Below are positions 36,551 through 49,222 of a DNA stretch of 64,000 nucleotides, in pieces. A program made the translations under genes and the position numbers. A model generated the notes under the pieces. It was not told the DNA's origin. It searched no databases and saw only the letters and a list, made by a program, of their open reading frames with translations. This DNA comes from Bugula neritina. Taxonomy: Eukaryota; Animalia; Bryozoa. Location: contig OZ037770.1 in NCBI GenBank assembly GCA_964035545.1, positions 5,590,729-5,654,728 on the forward strand, read 5' to 3'. Each line of letters opens with the position of its first letter. Within the stretch, counting starts at the first letter, position 1.

Positions 36551-36882
36551 CGGCTCATTAGCTCATGTGACCTCATGTGACTACTCAAATCAAATAATTG
36601 CCAGCATGGCGAAAGGTGAAATTAATTTTGCATAAAAAGACTTGGAGCTGTATGATGGATAAGTTAAGCACTTGTAACACTGGTACAGATAAAATGTATT
36701 ATTGCTGGCTATTAAATCTCAAAACCGCAGAGTATGAAGTTGAAAAGAACTATTACTCTTATCTATCACCAGCTTTAAATTCTATGACATGTAAATTAAA
36801 TTTGCTTTATAAAAAAAATTGTAATATCTATAGCATTAAATAGAGCATTAAATACTTGTATCTCATCTGATTTTAGTATAGC

Positions 36883-38925
36883 ATGTGGCTCCAAGATGAA
36901 ATGGATGGTTTGAGCACTAGCGATGTCGAAGATGACATCAATATTAGAGACACTTCGGTAAATGGAGCTAGATTGTTTTCACTTTTGCTGAGTGGACAGG
37001 AGCAAATCTTAGAAGTAGTAGCTGACTTAGATTTAGAAATTGAACAACTCATAACAGAGGCTGAAAGGAAGATAAAGAAAATGAAGAAAGAACCCAGAAC
37101 CCATTATTCAATATTTGAGCCATTCGAAGATAGCAGTGACAGTGACAGTGACTACGGTCATTCAGAGTTTGATGTGATCGGTGCAACTGTGCGATTGGCA
37201 CAGGGAAATAATTTCTTTCAACAGGCCTTGCATCAGCTTCATGAAGCCGCACAAGGAATAATAAACATTAGAGAAGCAACCAACACACAGGAACGTGAAG
37301 TGCAGCAGCTTTCCTTTGACTTGCTATATTTAAACCCAGGAACTGTAATCGAAGAAGAATCTTTTAGTGATGAAAATGTAAGTTGCCCAACAGAATCATC
37401 AACCACATCTCAGCGGACTTCAGAAAGTGATGACGACATTTCATTTGGTATACATGTGGAAGCAGATAACACTCTTTGGGATGTATCTCAACAATCTCTA
37501 GACCTGCTTCAACTAGATGTAGACAATGTTCAACCAACTTTAGACATGCTTCCATCACCTCCAGACATACTTCAACAACCTCTTCACATGCTTCAACAAC
37601 CTCAACACATACCCCAACAATTTACAGGAAACGTACTCCAAATATCACTGGATGTTGGGAGAGTTATTGATGCAATTCTAAATATGTTTCAACTTACAAG
37701 AAGTATTTTATATAGACGTTTGCTATCACTATCTATTCAAAACAGACCTCACAGAGATTACGATATTTCAAATGTCAGCCATAATATCCAAAGTAGGTCC
37801 CTGCTGTTAATAAATTCTCAAGGTTTACCTTTGTTAACTTTTCCCGAAAGAAGTTTGCATGTACTACTTGATAGGTTTTTGTTTATACAATTACCAAATA
37901 TCATAAGCACACATCATATATCCACAACTGTCAGGAACAGACCAGGCCAATCAGGCTTAATAGGCCCATCAGCTCTCTCACAACTCGCTGCAGGAGTGTT
38001 TACAGTTCACCAAGTCTCAGATTTAGTTTCTTCAGATCTGATTGCAGAGATTTTACCAGCTGCTGAAGAAATAGCAAGAAGAGTCAGGCGCTGCTCAGAG
38101 CAAATGAGCGAGGCGATTCTGGCTGTAAGTAATTTGCTGAGAAGACTAAGATCTCTGGCTAACCCGGATCATCAACAACAACAACGAAGAGACAATACTT
38201 GGCGTGAGACACAAAACGATTCTCCACAATTTGATTTTGCAAATAGATCTATTCGACAGTTACAATCTACTTTGGAAAAAGTACGGTCAATTAAAAGAAG
38301 GATACAGAACATTTATCAATCAGCTATTCAAATAAGAATTGAAATGTTGGAAATTAGACAAAAAGTAAATGCTTGTATAGAAAGACAATTAGAACAAGGA
38401 ACATCTCAAGTAGCTGGAAATGTTCTTATAAGGGCAGTGTCAACATTTTCAGAACAGAACAATTTACCACTTCAGTTACCCGTCTTCCCAACATTGCGTA
38501 TGATAGATGATGTGGTTCAAGCAATGCGTGAAGGAGCTTATGTTACTCCACCAACAGAAGCTTCTATCTCTCAGGATAGAGTTGTCTCCTATACACCTGG
38601 TACAGTTCAATTTATTCTTAGCACATCAGACTTGCCAGTCTATGAGCAATGGTTGAATATTGATTATGTTCATAATGGGTTCCTGGAGCAGATGTTTCCT
38701 CAAGAGCTGGTGACAGCTTTAGCTCTTGATCAGCCAGAGGCAACCGGAAGTCATTTCAAAATTCTGGTCAGACTTCAAGTGACTTATCCAATGCTAAATG
38801 CGCAGTCACTCCTGCTACCTAATCACACACTTAATGGACTACTCTCAAGTCTAACACCTCTACAATTAGAAGCCCATTGCAAAATAGCCTTGTCGTATTT
38901 TATATACAAAGAAACTTCACTGTAA
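36883..38925 (+). CDS. Intronless 680-aa ORF, unknown function (acidic/Ser-rich segments, predicted coiled coils, C-terminal ETSL)
   Basis: A 2-kb stop-free frame in AT-rich DNA is unlikely by chance. Acceptor-like ttttagtatag directly precedes the ATG. AATAAA at 39311. No domain recognised. Confidence 0.75.
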   Translation: MWLQDEMDGLSTSDVEDDINIRDTSVNGARLFSLLLSGQEQILEVVADLDLEIEQLITEAERKIKKMKKEPRTHYSIFEPFEDSSDSDSDYGHSEFDVIGATVRLAQGNNFFQQALHQLHEAAQGIINIREATNTQEREVQQLSFDLLYLNPGTVIEEESFSDENVSCPTESSTTSQRTSESDDDISFGIHVEADNTLWDVSQQSLDLLQLDVDNVQPTLDMLPSPPDILQQPLHMLQQPQHIPQQFTGNVLQISLDVGRVIDAILNMFQLTRSILYRRLLSLSIQNRPHRDYDISNVSHNIQSRSLLLINSQGLPLLTFPERSLHVLLDRFLFIQLPNIISTHHISTTVRNRPGQSGLIGPSALSQLAAGVFTVHQVSDLVSSDLIAEILPAAEEIARRVRRCSEQMSEAILAVSNLLRRLRSLANPDHQQQQRRDNTWRETQNDSPQFDFANRSIRQLQSTLEKVRSIKRRIQNIYQSAIQIRIEMLEIRQKVNACIERQLEQGTSQVAGNVLIRAVSTFSEQNNLPLQLPVFPTLRMIDDVVQAMREGAYVTPPTEASISQDRVVSYTPGTVQFILSTSDLPVYEQWLNIDYVHNGFLEQMFPQELVTALALDQPEATGSHFKILVRLQVTYPMLNAQSLLLPNHTLNGLLSSLTPLQLEAHCKIALSYFIYKETSL

Positions 38926-39908
38926 GGGCTAAGAGAGAGAGATGGTATAACTTGTCAAACATCAAGACTATCCATATATATATATATGATTACACATACA
39001 GTAGATTAATGCATCTTATGATTGTCTGCGTTTTTTAGAATGATTAGTGATCTAGCATTTATATAATTTTTATTAATTCAAACCTTTAATGATTTTATTG
39101 ATATTTTTAAAGCCTTCTAGTAGAAAGAGAATATACTAATTTATTACAAAAACAAAGTTTAGTTTAATTTCAAAACAAGCTTGTTCAGCAAGAACATAAA
39201 TCTTAAAATATTGCACGGTTGAAACACATAAATTATATTATTTGCTAAATTGTTGAATTTCCAGTTGGCTGTTCTAGTTTTGTTACTCAGTGTATAAGTA
39301 CATCCCACTCAATAAAGAGCTCCACAGCTACAGGTTTCTGTAAACTTTAAGCTTACCATGTTTTATAGTTGCTCTAAATGCAAATATCTGACCAGATATG
39401 CCACAAGTATTTCTACTATTTATTAATAACTCTAAAAGTTTAAAATAATCAAATTGCAATTTAGTCTCTATGCTTTTCAAGTTTTGGCATTTGTTATAGA
39501 TTTAAATGACACAGAGATAAATATAAAATGAGGCCTAATAATTTAATAATTTTCCTTTTTTTTTTCGATCTGAATGAGAGAGTTCAGCATATGAAATTTA
39601 TCAGTGCGCTTTGAAATTGTAAGACTATTTTATTTTTGTTCAAATGAAAATGGTTTATGGTATAAAAAGGTTTAACTATTTGTTACAACAGTGTATAGCA
39701 TAAGGTCTTATCAGAGATAGATGAGATACGTTATAGATCTCAATTGAATTTTTATTTCAGAAACTGATTCTCTTTTAACTATAATCATAATATTATTCAA
39801 ATGCACTAGTCTAGGTTTCAGTAAACAATAAAGCAATAAAAACATTAGTAGAAATTAGCATTTAAATGTCTTTAGTTACATCTAAAACTCTCTGTTGTTC
39901 ATTCTGTT

Positions 39909-42900
39909 TTAGTCATCTGTATTATTATTTGGGGTACCAATATTTTCTGGTGTGTTTAGGTCACTATAATCTGAGTTAACAGATATGCTCTCTGGTGAAA
40001 AATCACTCATGTTATCTAGATCAGTCAAACTTTCATCTAGATATTGTGGAGGCAACGCTTCTGCAATGGCGTCCTGGAGACTGAAGCCTACAGTTTTAAA
40101 TGGCTCTCTTTCATCAACAAAACTTCTCAGGACATCTTGTTGTGTGTTGAGGCACCTGTAGAAGTCATCTAAGCAGTAATCAGCTTCATTTTCTCTTAGG
40201 GTCTCTGGAAACTCCTGGGAAAGAAGGAGGTTTTCTTGTGCTAATATTTCGTTCAAATCCGTCAAGTCTTGGGTCAAAGGGTCCTGACATAAAGATTCAC
40301 CTACAGAGCCTTGTTGAAAAACATTTGGTTGTATTTGTTGATTTGGATGACTGATTGTTCTTGGTTGGACTGTAATAGAGCTTTGACTGCCATATGCTCC
40401 GCTAAAAGGTGTTGCTCCAAAACTTCGAAGTCTAAATTTCAGTTTGCTTATTTCCAGTTGTTGCTGAGGGGTAAGAGTTTGATGACCAGTCTGAAATGCA
40501 TTGCTGCTACTGACGCTCTTTCTTACCAAAGTTTGTGATTGCAATTTATATGGATGAGACTTTCTTCCTATGAAAGTGCCTTGGCTAACTGGGTTTAGAA
40601 TATGTATTGAACTAAGATGTTTCAATGCCTCAGAAGCCAAATAAAACCCTAAATATGTGCTTTTCATATCTGTTATACTAACTGGAGCTGTTTGAGTCAT
40701 TTGTGCAGATGAAAAAGTGTGTGCTTCTTGAACTTCTTCTTGCTGTCCTAATTCAAGTTGGGTTTCCAGGTTTGAGCTTTGGGTAAGCAAAGTTTCAATG
40801 GGTGGAAGCTAAACAACAACATGATAAATTGAAGATTCTGTTATGTAACTAGTAAAACAATATTTCTACAGTCAGACCTATTGCAAGTGGGTAAAACTCC
40901 ATAATTGACCAGTGATAAACTTTGTCTAACTATACTAACTAGCAATGTATATAATGTGCCACAACAAATTTCTATAGGTCATGGGTTAACACATAGCAAT
41001 GGGTAGTCTTTCTTGAGTAGCTTCACTCTAAGAATCAAAATAATTTAATGTGTTAGACACTGGTACAAGTTAAACCCTGTGCTACAGATATGCTGCACTT
41101 ACCGAAATTGTATGAGCCCCTAATGCAGATGAAGAGGTTTGTGTTTCTTCCTGTCCAGAATTAGATTGAGCTTCTGATCTTGAACATTGGATAAGTAAAC
41201 TTACAATAGTTGGAAACTGAAAAGAGCACAATAAGATGAAGATTTTACAATGCAGTTGCAGCAAAAAATAAGAAAACTAAATTCTTGCTGGTGGAAACTG
41301 CAGTGTTGAAGTTGTAACTAGAGCTATTTTTCAAGATGAGTTTAGTCGAGCAGTTTTGACGGTTGATTTACACAAAATTTCACAACTAATAGAGTTGATA
41401 GGAACATCTAAATACTCACAAGTAGTTAAATAAAATTTTTAAAATGACCAGAATTGTTTTTAGCTTAGTTTATAAGTTTTGTGTAATAAATGTTTGCTAT
41501 TCTATTTTAACACTCTTATGCCATCACCGACTTACCATAAAACTAATAAATTCTGAAACTGTACATAATATTAAAAAGTCATTAATGGCAAGAGTTATTA
41601 ACTTTACTGTTTTTGTGCAGAGAAAAATGCTCATAAAAGATTTTAGACATCATGGGTACAAACTAAAGTCAGTACTACAGATATATGTTAAACTGACTAC
41701 AGTAGTCTGAGTCGTCAGTGCTGCAGATGGAGAAGTTAGTGTTCCATAAACTTGTTCTTGCTCTCCTGATCCAGGTTGGGTTTCTGGGTTTGAGATTTGG
41801 GTGAGCAAAGTTTCAACGGGTGGAAGCTAACAGAAAAACAGAAGCAAATAAAAATTTTCTAGTGCAACTATAATACATTGCAGTACATAAGTTTTTGTTA
41901 TATTAGTAAAACCAGCTTTGAACACCCAATAGTACAATTAGATACATTTTATATTAACTTTAATTAAATAATTTTTCAGTGTGGAATAGCTTCAACACTT
42001 CCACACTGAAATCCAAAGTCTTTTTATTGTTTTTATAGACACTGTGAAGAGCTCAAAAAATCAGTACTACAGATATGTTACACCAACTGGAGTTGTATGA
42101 GCCCTCTGTGCAGATAGAGAAGTTAGTGTTCCATGAACTTGTTCTTGCCATGCTGGTGCAGGTTGAATCTCTGAGTTTGAGCTTTGGGTAAGCAAACTCA
42201 CAATAGCTGGAAACTGAAAAAAGACAAGAGATGGTTATATGAACAGATAATTCTAGAGGAGTCATGCTGTAAGCTCTATTTTTAAGTCAAAATTGGTAAG
42301 AATTCAAGTTCATGTTTTCCTTAACATAATGATGATACTGTTTAGTTTGATAGAATTAGATTCGACAAAACTCGCTATTTTACTGTCAAAAAAATTATAT
42401 CATCTTCATTGTTGGTGGCAGCACTATATTTTTCCTATAATTTTTTTCAAGCAAAAGTTTCCATCAGCGAATTTTGTCATGGCAAAGTTACCTGTTGATT
42501 TGTCTGACTTGTGTTTTGCACGTAGGAGGAAGGGAAACTGTGACTTGTTGTGGCTTTGACAGTACCGTTTCCATCACTGGTCAGTGTCTGAAATTTTGTC
42601 AATTTGATTCAAATATATATAAATATATTTTCCGACAATAAAGCTCAACAAATTAAATTATTTTGATATAACAAGCCCTAGATTATTTTTCTAAAATTAG
42701 AAATCAAATTTCTGTTTAAAAAAAATTACATACTTCACTACTAACAGAAATATCTATGCTACAAATTACTTTTATTGTACCTACACATGAAGAGTGTATA
42801 TAATATACCTGTCGGGATGTTTCCACGACCAGATCAGCACCTGGAGTTGCCCACTTTTTACCTGCAGAATTAGCCTGCCTCTTGGCAAACCCCTCGCCAA

Positions 42901-45480
42901 AGTGATCCTTCAAGAAACACATTGCACATCATTTCATTAGGTCTGCTTAACATAATATTATACAATGTTAGGATAAACAGTTTTGCTTCAGATTTGAGTA
43001 CTCAGAATTCATAATTTTATTTAAAAATATATAACTCTTTGAAGCATAATTGCCACACACATAAATATTGTACCAAGTAAAAACCAAGCTTTATGAAAGT
43101 AAATTGTCACACAGCAAAAATTCAAAGTGACAAAGCATCGATACCTCAAAAAGGCAAGTCTAGACTACTAACACAAATAGTTTGTAACTTTTGTATAGCT
43201 ACTCACCCAATTCCAACTGCCTCTGTTACCGTCTAAATTAGATGCGGCCGTCTGGAAAATCTCCACGAAAAGGTCAAGTGCTGTTGCTCTGCTTTCTAAA
43301 TCTCTAACTCGATCAGCAACCCTTTGTAAAAGATCTCGAACCAACTGCAGATACTGTTGACAGGAAGTAAACCAATATGCTTAATAGATACTAATTTTGT
43401 GTATCAATGCATTGTTAGAAAAATGTGTCAATAAGAGTCAGCAAATCATAGGTCAAGTTGAGACATTCGGCAAATAACAAATTGAAGGATGCATGAAACA
43501 CTGCAAGCTGTTTATAGTAAAAGCCAATTTGTGAAATGGAAAATGCTTTTACTTGATAGATTCATGAGTACTTTCAAACTGCTTTACATTGCACTCATGT
43601 TTTGAAATCTAAATTTATAAATAAATAGGCAATGTAAGCAGACTGTTAAACTAGATGCGATTGCACTTGAAGTTTATATTTTAGTTGATAATTTTCTCAT
43701 ACTTCATCAAAATAAGTTCAAATATTCTCATATAGAATGCTGTAGACAATTCTAGTTAATCACAAGCAATATGAAGCAAATATCTTTTTAAATCTTAAGT
43801 GATAAGCAGCCTTGTCACTAATGGTGACTGCGAATGATACAAAACGTATGTAGATATGATAAATATGATGTGGAACTAACTCTGCACAGGCTTTTCCAAG
43901 GGATTGAATTGTTGGCTTTACGCAGTTCTTCACTTTCAGGCCTTGCATTCAGCCACTGTATTACTTGGCCATTTGCCAAGTCTAACCGCGGCAATGAAGA
44001 GCCACTGTCCAGCAATGAGACTGATAAATTGAAAGGTGAAGTTGAGAAGCAAAGGGTATATTTCAAAGTTGGAATAACATTCTCTTGGTAGCTCATGTAC
44101 ACATACTCCTACACACATTTAGAAAAAGAGTCACCTTTACAGGTGTAAACCTACGCTCAAAAGTAAATACCTAAACTTATTAAACAATATAAACTGCAGT
44201 TAATAGCAGGCAGTTGAAATTTTTATCAAAATTTAGGTGACTAAACAAATGACTTCTGAATTGGGCTAAAACTTACTCACATTGAGGAAAAACTGCAACT
44301 GTGCTTCTGTATGTCAACTAACAATCACACTTCTTAGAACTAATAGCTGTTTTAATTTTTTTAATAACAAAAATATAACTGTATTGTTTTATAATTGTAT
44401 TACCATTGTACTACCAAGGTGTCAAGAATTTAATGGCTAAAATGACAAGTATAGTGAGGTATATATAACATTACGTACTGGCTCTTTCTATTCGATCCGT
44501 TATATGTTTGTATTGGCGAACACGAGCTATGTTGGTGTAACTAAACGTACTCTCTGGAACCTGATTGGCTAAGAACTGGTTTCCCAGATGTCCATCAAGA
44601 ATGGAGACTCTGTAAGACAGAATGAGCAGATCAGCGCATGATTGGATGAGCATGCTTCATTAATCACAGCTGTAAACTAACAGCTAATAATATATATCTA
44701 ACATGCAACTGAGTTTTTTTAGTTTCTCGAACTAAAATTGGTTTAAAGACTTGGCAAATTGTGAAGATATGCATTAGGTTTCACATTAGTTTTGAATAAA
44801 TGACGAGCCTGCTTTTTGATACAGCTTTTCCAACTAAACAATGTGCACTCATCCAAGAAGAGTTACTAAGTCCTTATGTTTCAGTTAGGCTGTGAATATT
44901 ATTTATTTAGTACCCAATATTGGGGGCCAACTCAGACTCGTACCTATTTTTATGACCAAATATAGCTTAAGAAAACTCACACTTCAATGACAGTGAGAAG
45001 AAGGATATCTTCAGAGGTTGGAGGCTTGTTTCTGTCAATAAGCTCCTGCTCCTTAAAACTTGCATCTTGAGACTAAAATAAATGATGATGATTAATACTT
45101 ATAGGAAAGCATATATTTGATCAATAAATAGAAGTAATTTTTTCAGCTTGAAAACATTTCCACTCAGATGGTTTGTCACCAACAATTATTTTAGTAGTAG
45201 AGGAATTAAAACAGCATTTAGTTCTAGATGTCATATGTAGCAAAGGGCTTCTATCCTACACCCCAATAAAAATGTTTAACATGAAATTAGAAAACATGGA
45301 CAGATGAAAGGCTTTTGTTACTCCATATCTAAAAGTGACACATGTAAATGTCACAAAATTCATTGTAAAATATAACAATTTGATCATGATGACAAACACA
45401 ACTTTAAAACTAAGTAAGGCAGCAAAACATTCCCCACATAAAAACTATCAATTAATAGATTATAAATAAATTTTTACCAT
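39909..45480 (-). CDS. Paralogue B of an unrecognised tandem gene family (N-terminal 'WxW' domain + low-complexity tail)
   Basis: Exons: ATG 45480-45478|gt, 45072-44981 (92 nt), 44609-44479 (131), 44020-43881 (140), 43353-43207 (147), 42907-42809, 42587-42492, 42213-42088, 41826-41698, 41216-41103, 40808-39909 (terminal). Phases are compatible. N-terminus MSQDASFKEQ...DILLLTVIE...VIQWLNARPE...YLQLVRDLLQRV...LFVEIFQTAASNLDGNRGSWNW. Confidence 0.8.
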
Positions 45481-46256
45481 TTTTCTTCAGATCAGCACCT
45501 TTTAGCATCAGAAGTCGGTTCTCTTTTAAAATAATGATAATTTTTCCTCTAAAATAGCTTTCTAACAAACTCTGCTTTAAGCTACCATTCTTGTCAGCTT
45601 TTTGTAATTATAGCTTAGAAAAATTATTTTGCAAATGTTTGGTATCTTTTATTTTTACAGCTTTACAGATAAAAAAGCTTGGCTCTATCAAAAGTATAAT
45701 ATACTACTTTTAATAAATGTACTACCTAAGCAGTTTGAAACAGTTGATTAAAGTATAACAGTATTGCTTCAACATGATACCATTTATGTTTGTCTATTTT
45801 TTCTATTACTCACATTTAAATTGTCCTATATGCCATTAGAAGGGAAAAGCTAAAACCAATTATGTGTAGTAAATCAGGTGGCTGCTATACTGCTAATACT
45901 AGCATATAGTACTTGGTACCATCTAAAGTCACTTCAGTATGCATGATTATTGGTGCTCACATTGAAATAAACTTTAATTTTAAAAACTTTTTTGCAGCTT
46001 TAAAAATTTTTGTAATTTGTAAAACAAAGTTTCACATCACTAAAAAGTAAAATCAATCTTATTATAAAAGTGCAAAGAACTTTTGTTTTCTCTAATTTTT
46101 ATGGAAAACACATTTCAAACAAAATTTAATATCTAACTAATTTTATCTGTCTGTAATTGTTTTTGTTTTATAATTGTTCTATACTAAACTGAATTATGCT
46201 TATAATTTTCCCTTAATGGCCTTGCATGCATTTTTGGGTAGATAAATATATAAACA

Positions 46257-46461
46257 ACTCACGCAAGTTTATTGTAGATGCTATACATGTGAGAAACACC
46301 CGATAGAAAGGGTTTATGTTAAAGTGGGCTAAGGAATTATTTAAATGAGAAGCAAGAGCAATTATAACTGGATTCTATTTCTAACATCACCAATGGCCTT
46401 TGTTCGGGCACTACCTCCTGTTTACTAAGCAAACCCTTTAACCCTCTAAACCCTCTGCTCC
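46257..46461 (-). mobile_element. tRNA-derived SINE, same family (diverged)
   Basis: actcacgcaagtttat...ctaacatcaccaatgg...ctgctcc, colinear with the other copies. Confidence 0.8.
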
Positions 46462-47009
46462 TTTTAGATAAATACACAAGGTGATATTTTAATTTCTAAA
46501 AGGACTAGATAAAAATTTAATGATGCATCTTTGTTTGAGATAGCAAAGCTACTGATCTCTAAACAGAAAACTCAGCAAATTAAAGAGTAGCTGAAAACTG
46601 CCGCTTTTGATGTATTCTCAAGTATTATGATCATCTTACAAACTATTATATAACAAAACTGGTTAAATAGTTTGAAAGATAGAATTTTCTAAACTCCTTT
46701 AAAAGAATTAATATTTTTATGGGAACTGCTAAGCTTATTTTGAAATTAATTGGACATTTTTTTGTACAAATGAACAGAAGCTGTTAGAGTATGCAGTAAA
46801 CAATAACAACATAAAACTGAATGTAAATAATTTTTACTAAAAGCTATTTATTTTAAACTATTGATAACATTTTATACACAAATAAACCTGCTACTCTTTT
46901 TTAAAAGTTTTTGAACATAAGTTAGATGTCACAAAAGTGTAAAATTTATCATACAAAAGCATGCAGATCGCTGCAATTATTATGATATTTCTTTGGGACA
47001 GAAAGTCTA

Positions 47010-49138
47010 CTAATAATGCTGGCTGTCTTCTGGCACCTGTTCCTCTGAACTGTCAGAATCTTGCAACTCTCCAAATGGCTGACTGACTGTTGGTGGCCTG
47101 AATGATGGCTCTGAAGTTTGGACAACACTAGGATGCTGTTCGGGTAGTTGCTGGTAGAGTTGTCTTGCTGGCAGGGTCTGTAAAGGACCGACTACTTGTG
47201 CAGAGGTTTGAAGCCCTGGGCGAGCTTGCCTGTAGGATAAATCTGCCCCTATATTTGGTAACATCCTTCTGTTGGTATATCTTTGCTGTGGATTTACTTC
47301 TGCTAGAGCCTCTGGTTGATAAAGCTGGTTTGGAGGTATTTGGTATAAGTTATCATTGTTTTCTCTACGTTGCAGATTGCCATGTCTGGTATCTACTATT
47401 GATTGAATATCTGAGAAAGGTGCTGGTCTTGTGGGTTCGAAGGCTGAAAGATATTGCTGTGTGGTTGGTTGCTCAGACATATATATGTTGGCAACAGGAC
47501 AATAAACATTTAACCTTCTGTCACTTTGTGCATGAGGCATTTGCTGTTGAGGGAGAAATACTGGTCGCTCTTCTTGTTGATGTATTTGCCTCTCTGGCAT
47601 GTGCCTGTAAGGTGGTTGCCTCTCTGACATGTGTGTGTAAAGTGGTTGCCTCTCTGACATCTGTGTGTAAGGTGACTGCCTCTCTGGCATGTGCCTGCAA
47701 GGTGGTTGCCTCCTTGACATGTTTGTGTAAGGTGATGGCATCTCTGACACGTGTGTGTAAGGTGATTGCCTCTCTACCATGTGTGTGTAAGGTGGTTGCC
47801 CCTCTGACACGTGTGTGGAAGGTGGTTGTCTCTCTGACATGTGTGTGTAAAGTGGTTGCCTCTCTGACATGTGTGTGTAAGGTGATTGCCTCTCTGGCAT
47901 GTGCCTGTAAGGTGGTTGCCCCTCTGACATGTTTGTGAAAGGTGGTGGCATCTCTGACATGTGTGTGTAAGGTGGTTGCCTCTCTGACATGTGTGTGTAA
48001 GGTGGTTGCCTCTCTGACATGTTTGTGAAAGGTGGTGGCATCTCTAACATGTGTGTGTAAGATGGTTGCCTCTCTGACATGTTTGTGAAAGGTGGTGGCA
48101 TCTCTGACATGTGTGTGTAAGGTGGTTGCCTCTCTGACATGTGTGTGTAAGGTGGTTGCCTCTCTGACATGTGTGTGTAAGGTGGTTGCCTCTCTGACAT
48201 GTTTGTGAAAGGTGGTGGCATCTCTAACATGTGTGTGTAAGATGGTTGCCTCTCTGACATGTGTGTGTAAGGTGGTTGCCTCTCTAACATGTGTGTGTAA
48301 GGTGGTTGCCCTTCTGACACGTGTGTGCGAGATGGTTGGTTTCCTGACAAATGGGAATATGGAAAATCAAACCTCTGTGTCTGGGGTATACTTTGCTCAC
48401 CTCGATTATATTCCATCCGATAATGATTAGGCTTACCAGGAGTCTGAAAAATATACATTAAAAATTGAATTTTAAAATTTAATATATAAAATTGAAAAAG
48501 GGGCAGAAATTGATATTTAAATTTGCTTACCGATATTTATAAAGACATGTGCTACCACTATATCTGCAATTGGTTGATTTTAATGTGACTCATTATTACT
48601 TTTGTTGGGTGAGACCAAGTACTAAATAATTTCTTGTAAAACTTATTAGTTAAATAAAACAAAAACAAATGCAATCAAAAAATATCCCAAAAATAGTTCT
48701 CAAGAAAAGATTTACTTACTCTGATGATAAAAACGTTTCTTATTGAAACCAGAATCTAATTTAAATATTGATACTATATAAACTTAATTGAGCTAAAGTC
48801 AACTTATTATGCCACCTAGTTGAAGGTTTTCACTTGAAATTAGACTTAATATAATTGTCTGTTTCCTTGAAACATAAATGTTGATTCCTAACACAAGTGT
48901 ATATAAATAGTTTAAGCAAAGATCATGTGGTAATCACCTGTGCTGCCTTCTTCTTTTTAGTCTTCCTATATTCTTTTTGCTGATCCTTAGTAAGAAAACC
49001 CTTCAATGATTGTATTGAAAATATTACTCAAATAATGCAGTCAACTTTACTACTCTGAAGATGGGTACAGTGGTACCCGAAATATCAGTGTAATTACTTT
49101 ACCTAATAAAGTAATAAATAACAATGTTTCTCGTATAC

Positions 49139-49177
<39 letters not shown>

Positions 49178-49178
49178 C

Positions 49179-49222
<44 letters not shown>

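Noticed and set aside
36237-36635. Overlapping Cys/Gly- or Pro-rich ORFs
   Set aside because: Artefacts of a stop-free 10-bp tandem repeat.
47165-48430. Plus-strand ORFs with [10 protein letters not shown] repeats (metallothionein-like look)
   Set aside because: Antisense shadow of the 33-bp coding repeat; the minus-strand frame has a proper acceptor and gene context.
42809-49054. In-frame TGA codons near 42930 and 49028 suggesting selenocysteine or readthrough
   Set aside because: Downstream AAG acceptors (42907, 48985) exclude both stops with correct phase; no SECIS recognised.
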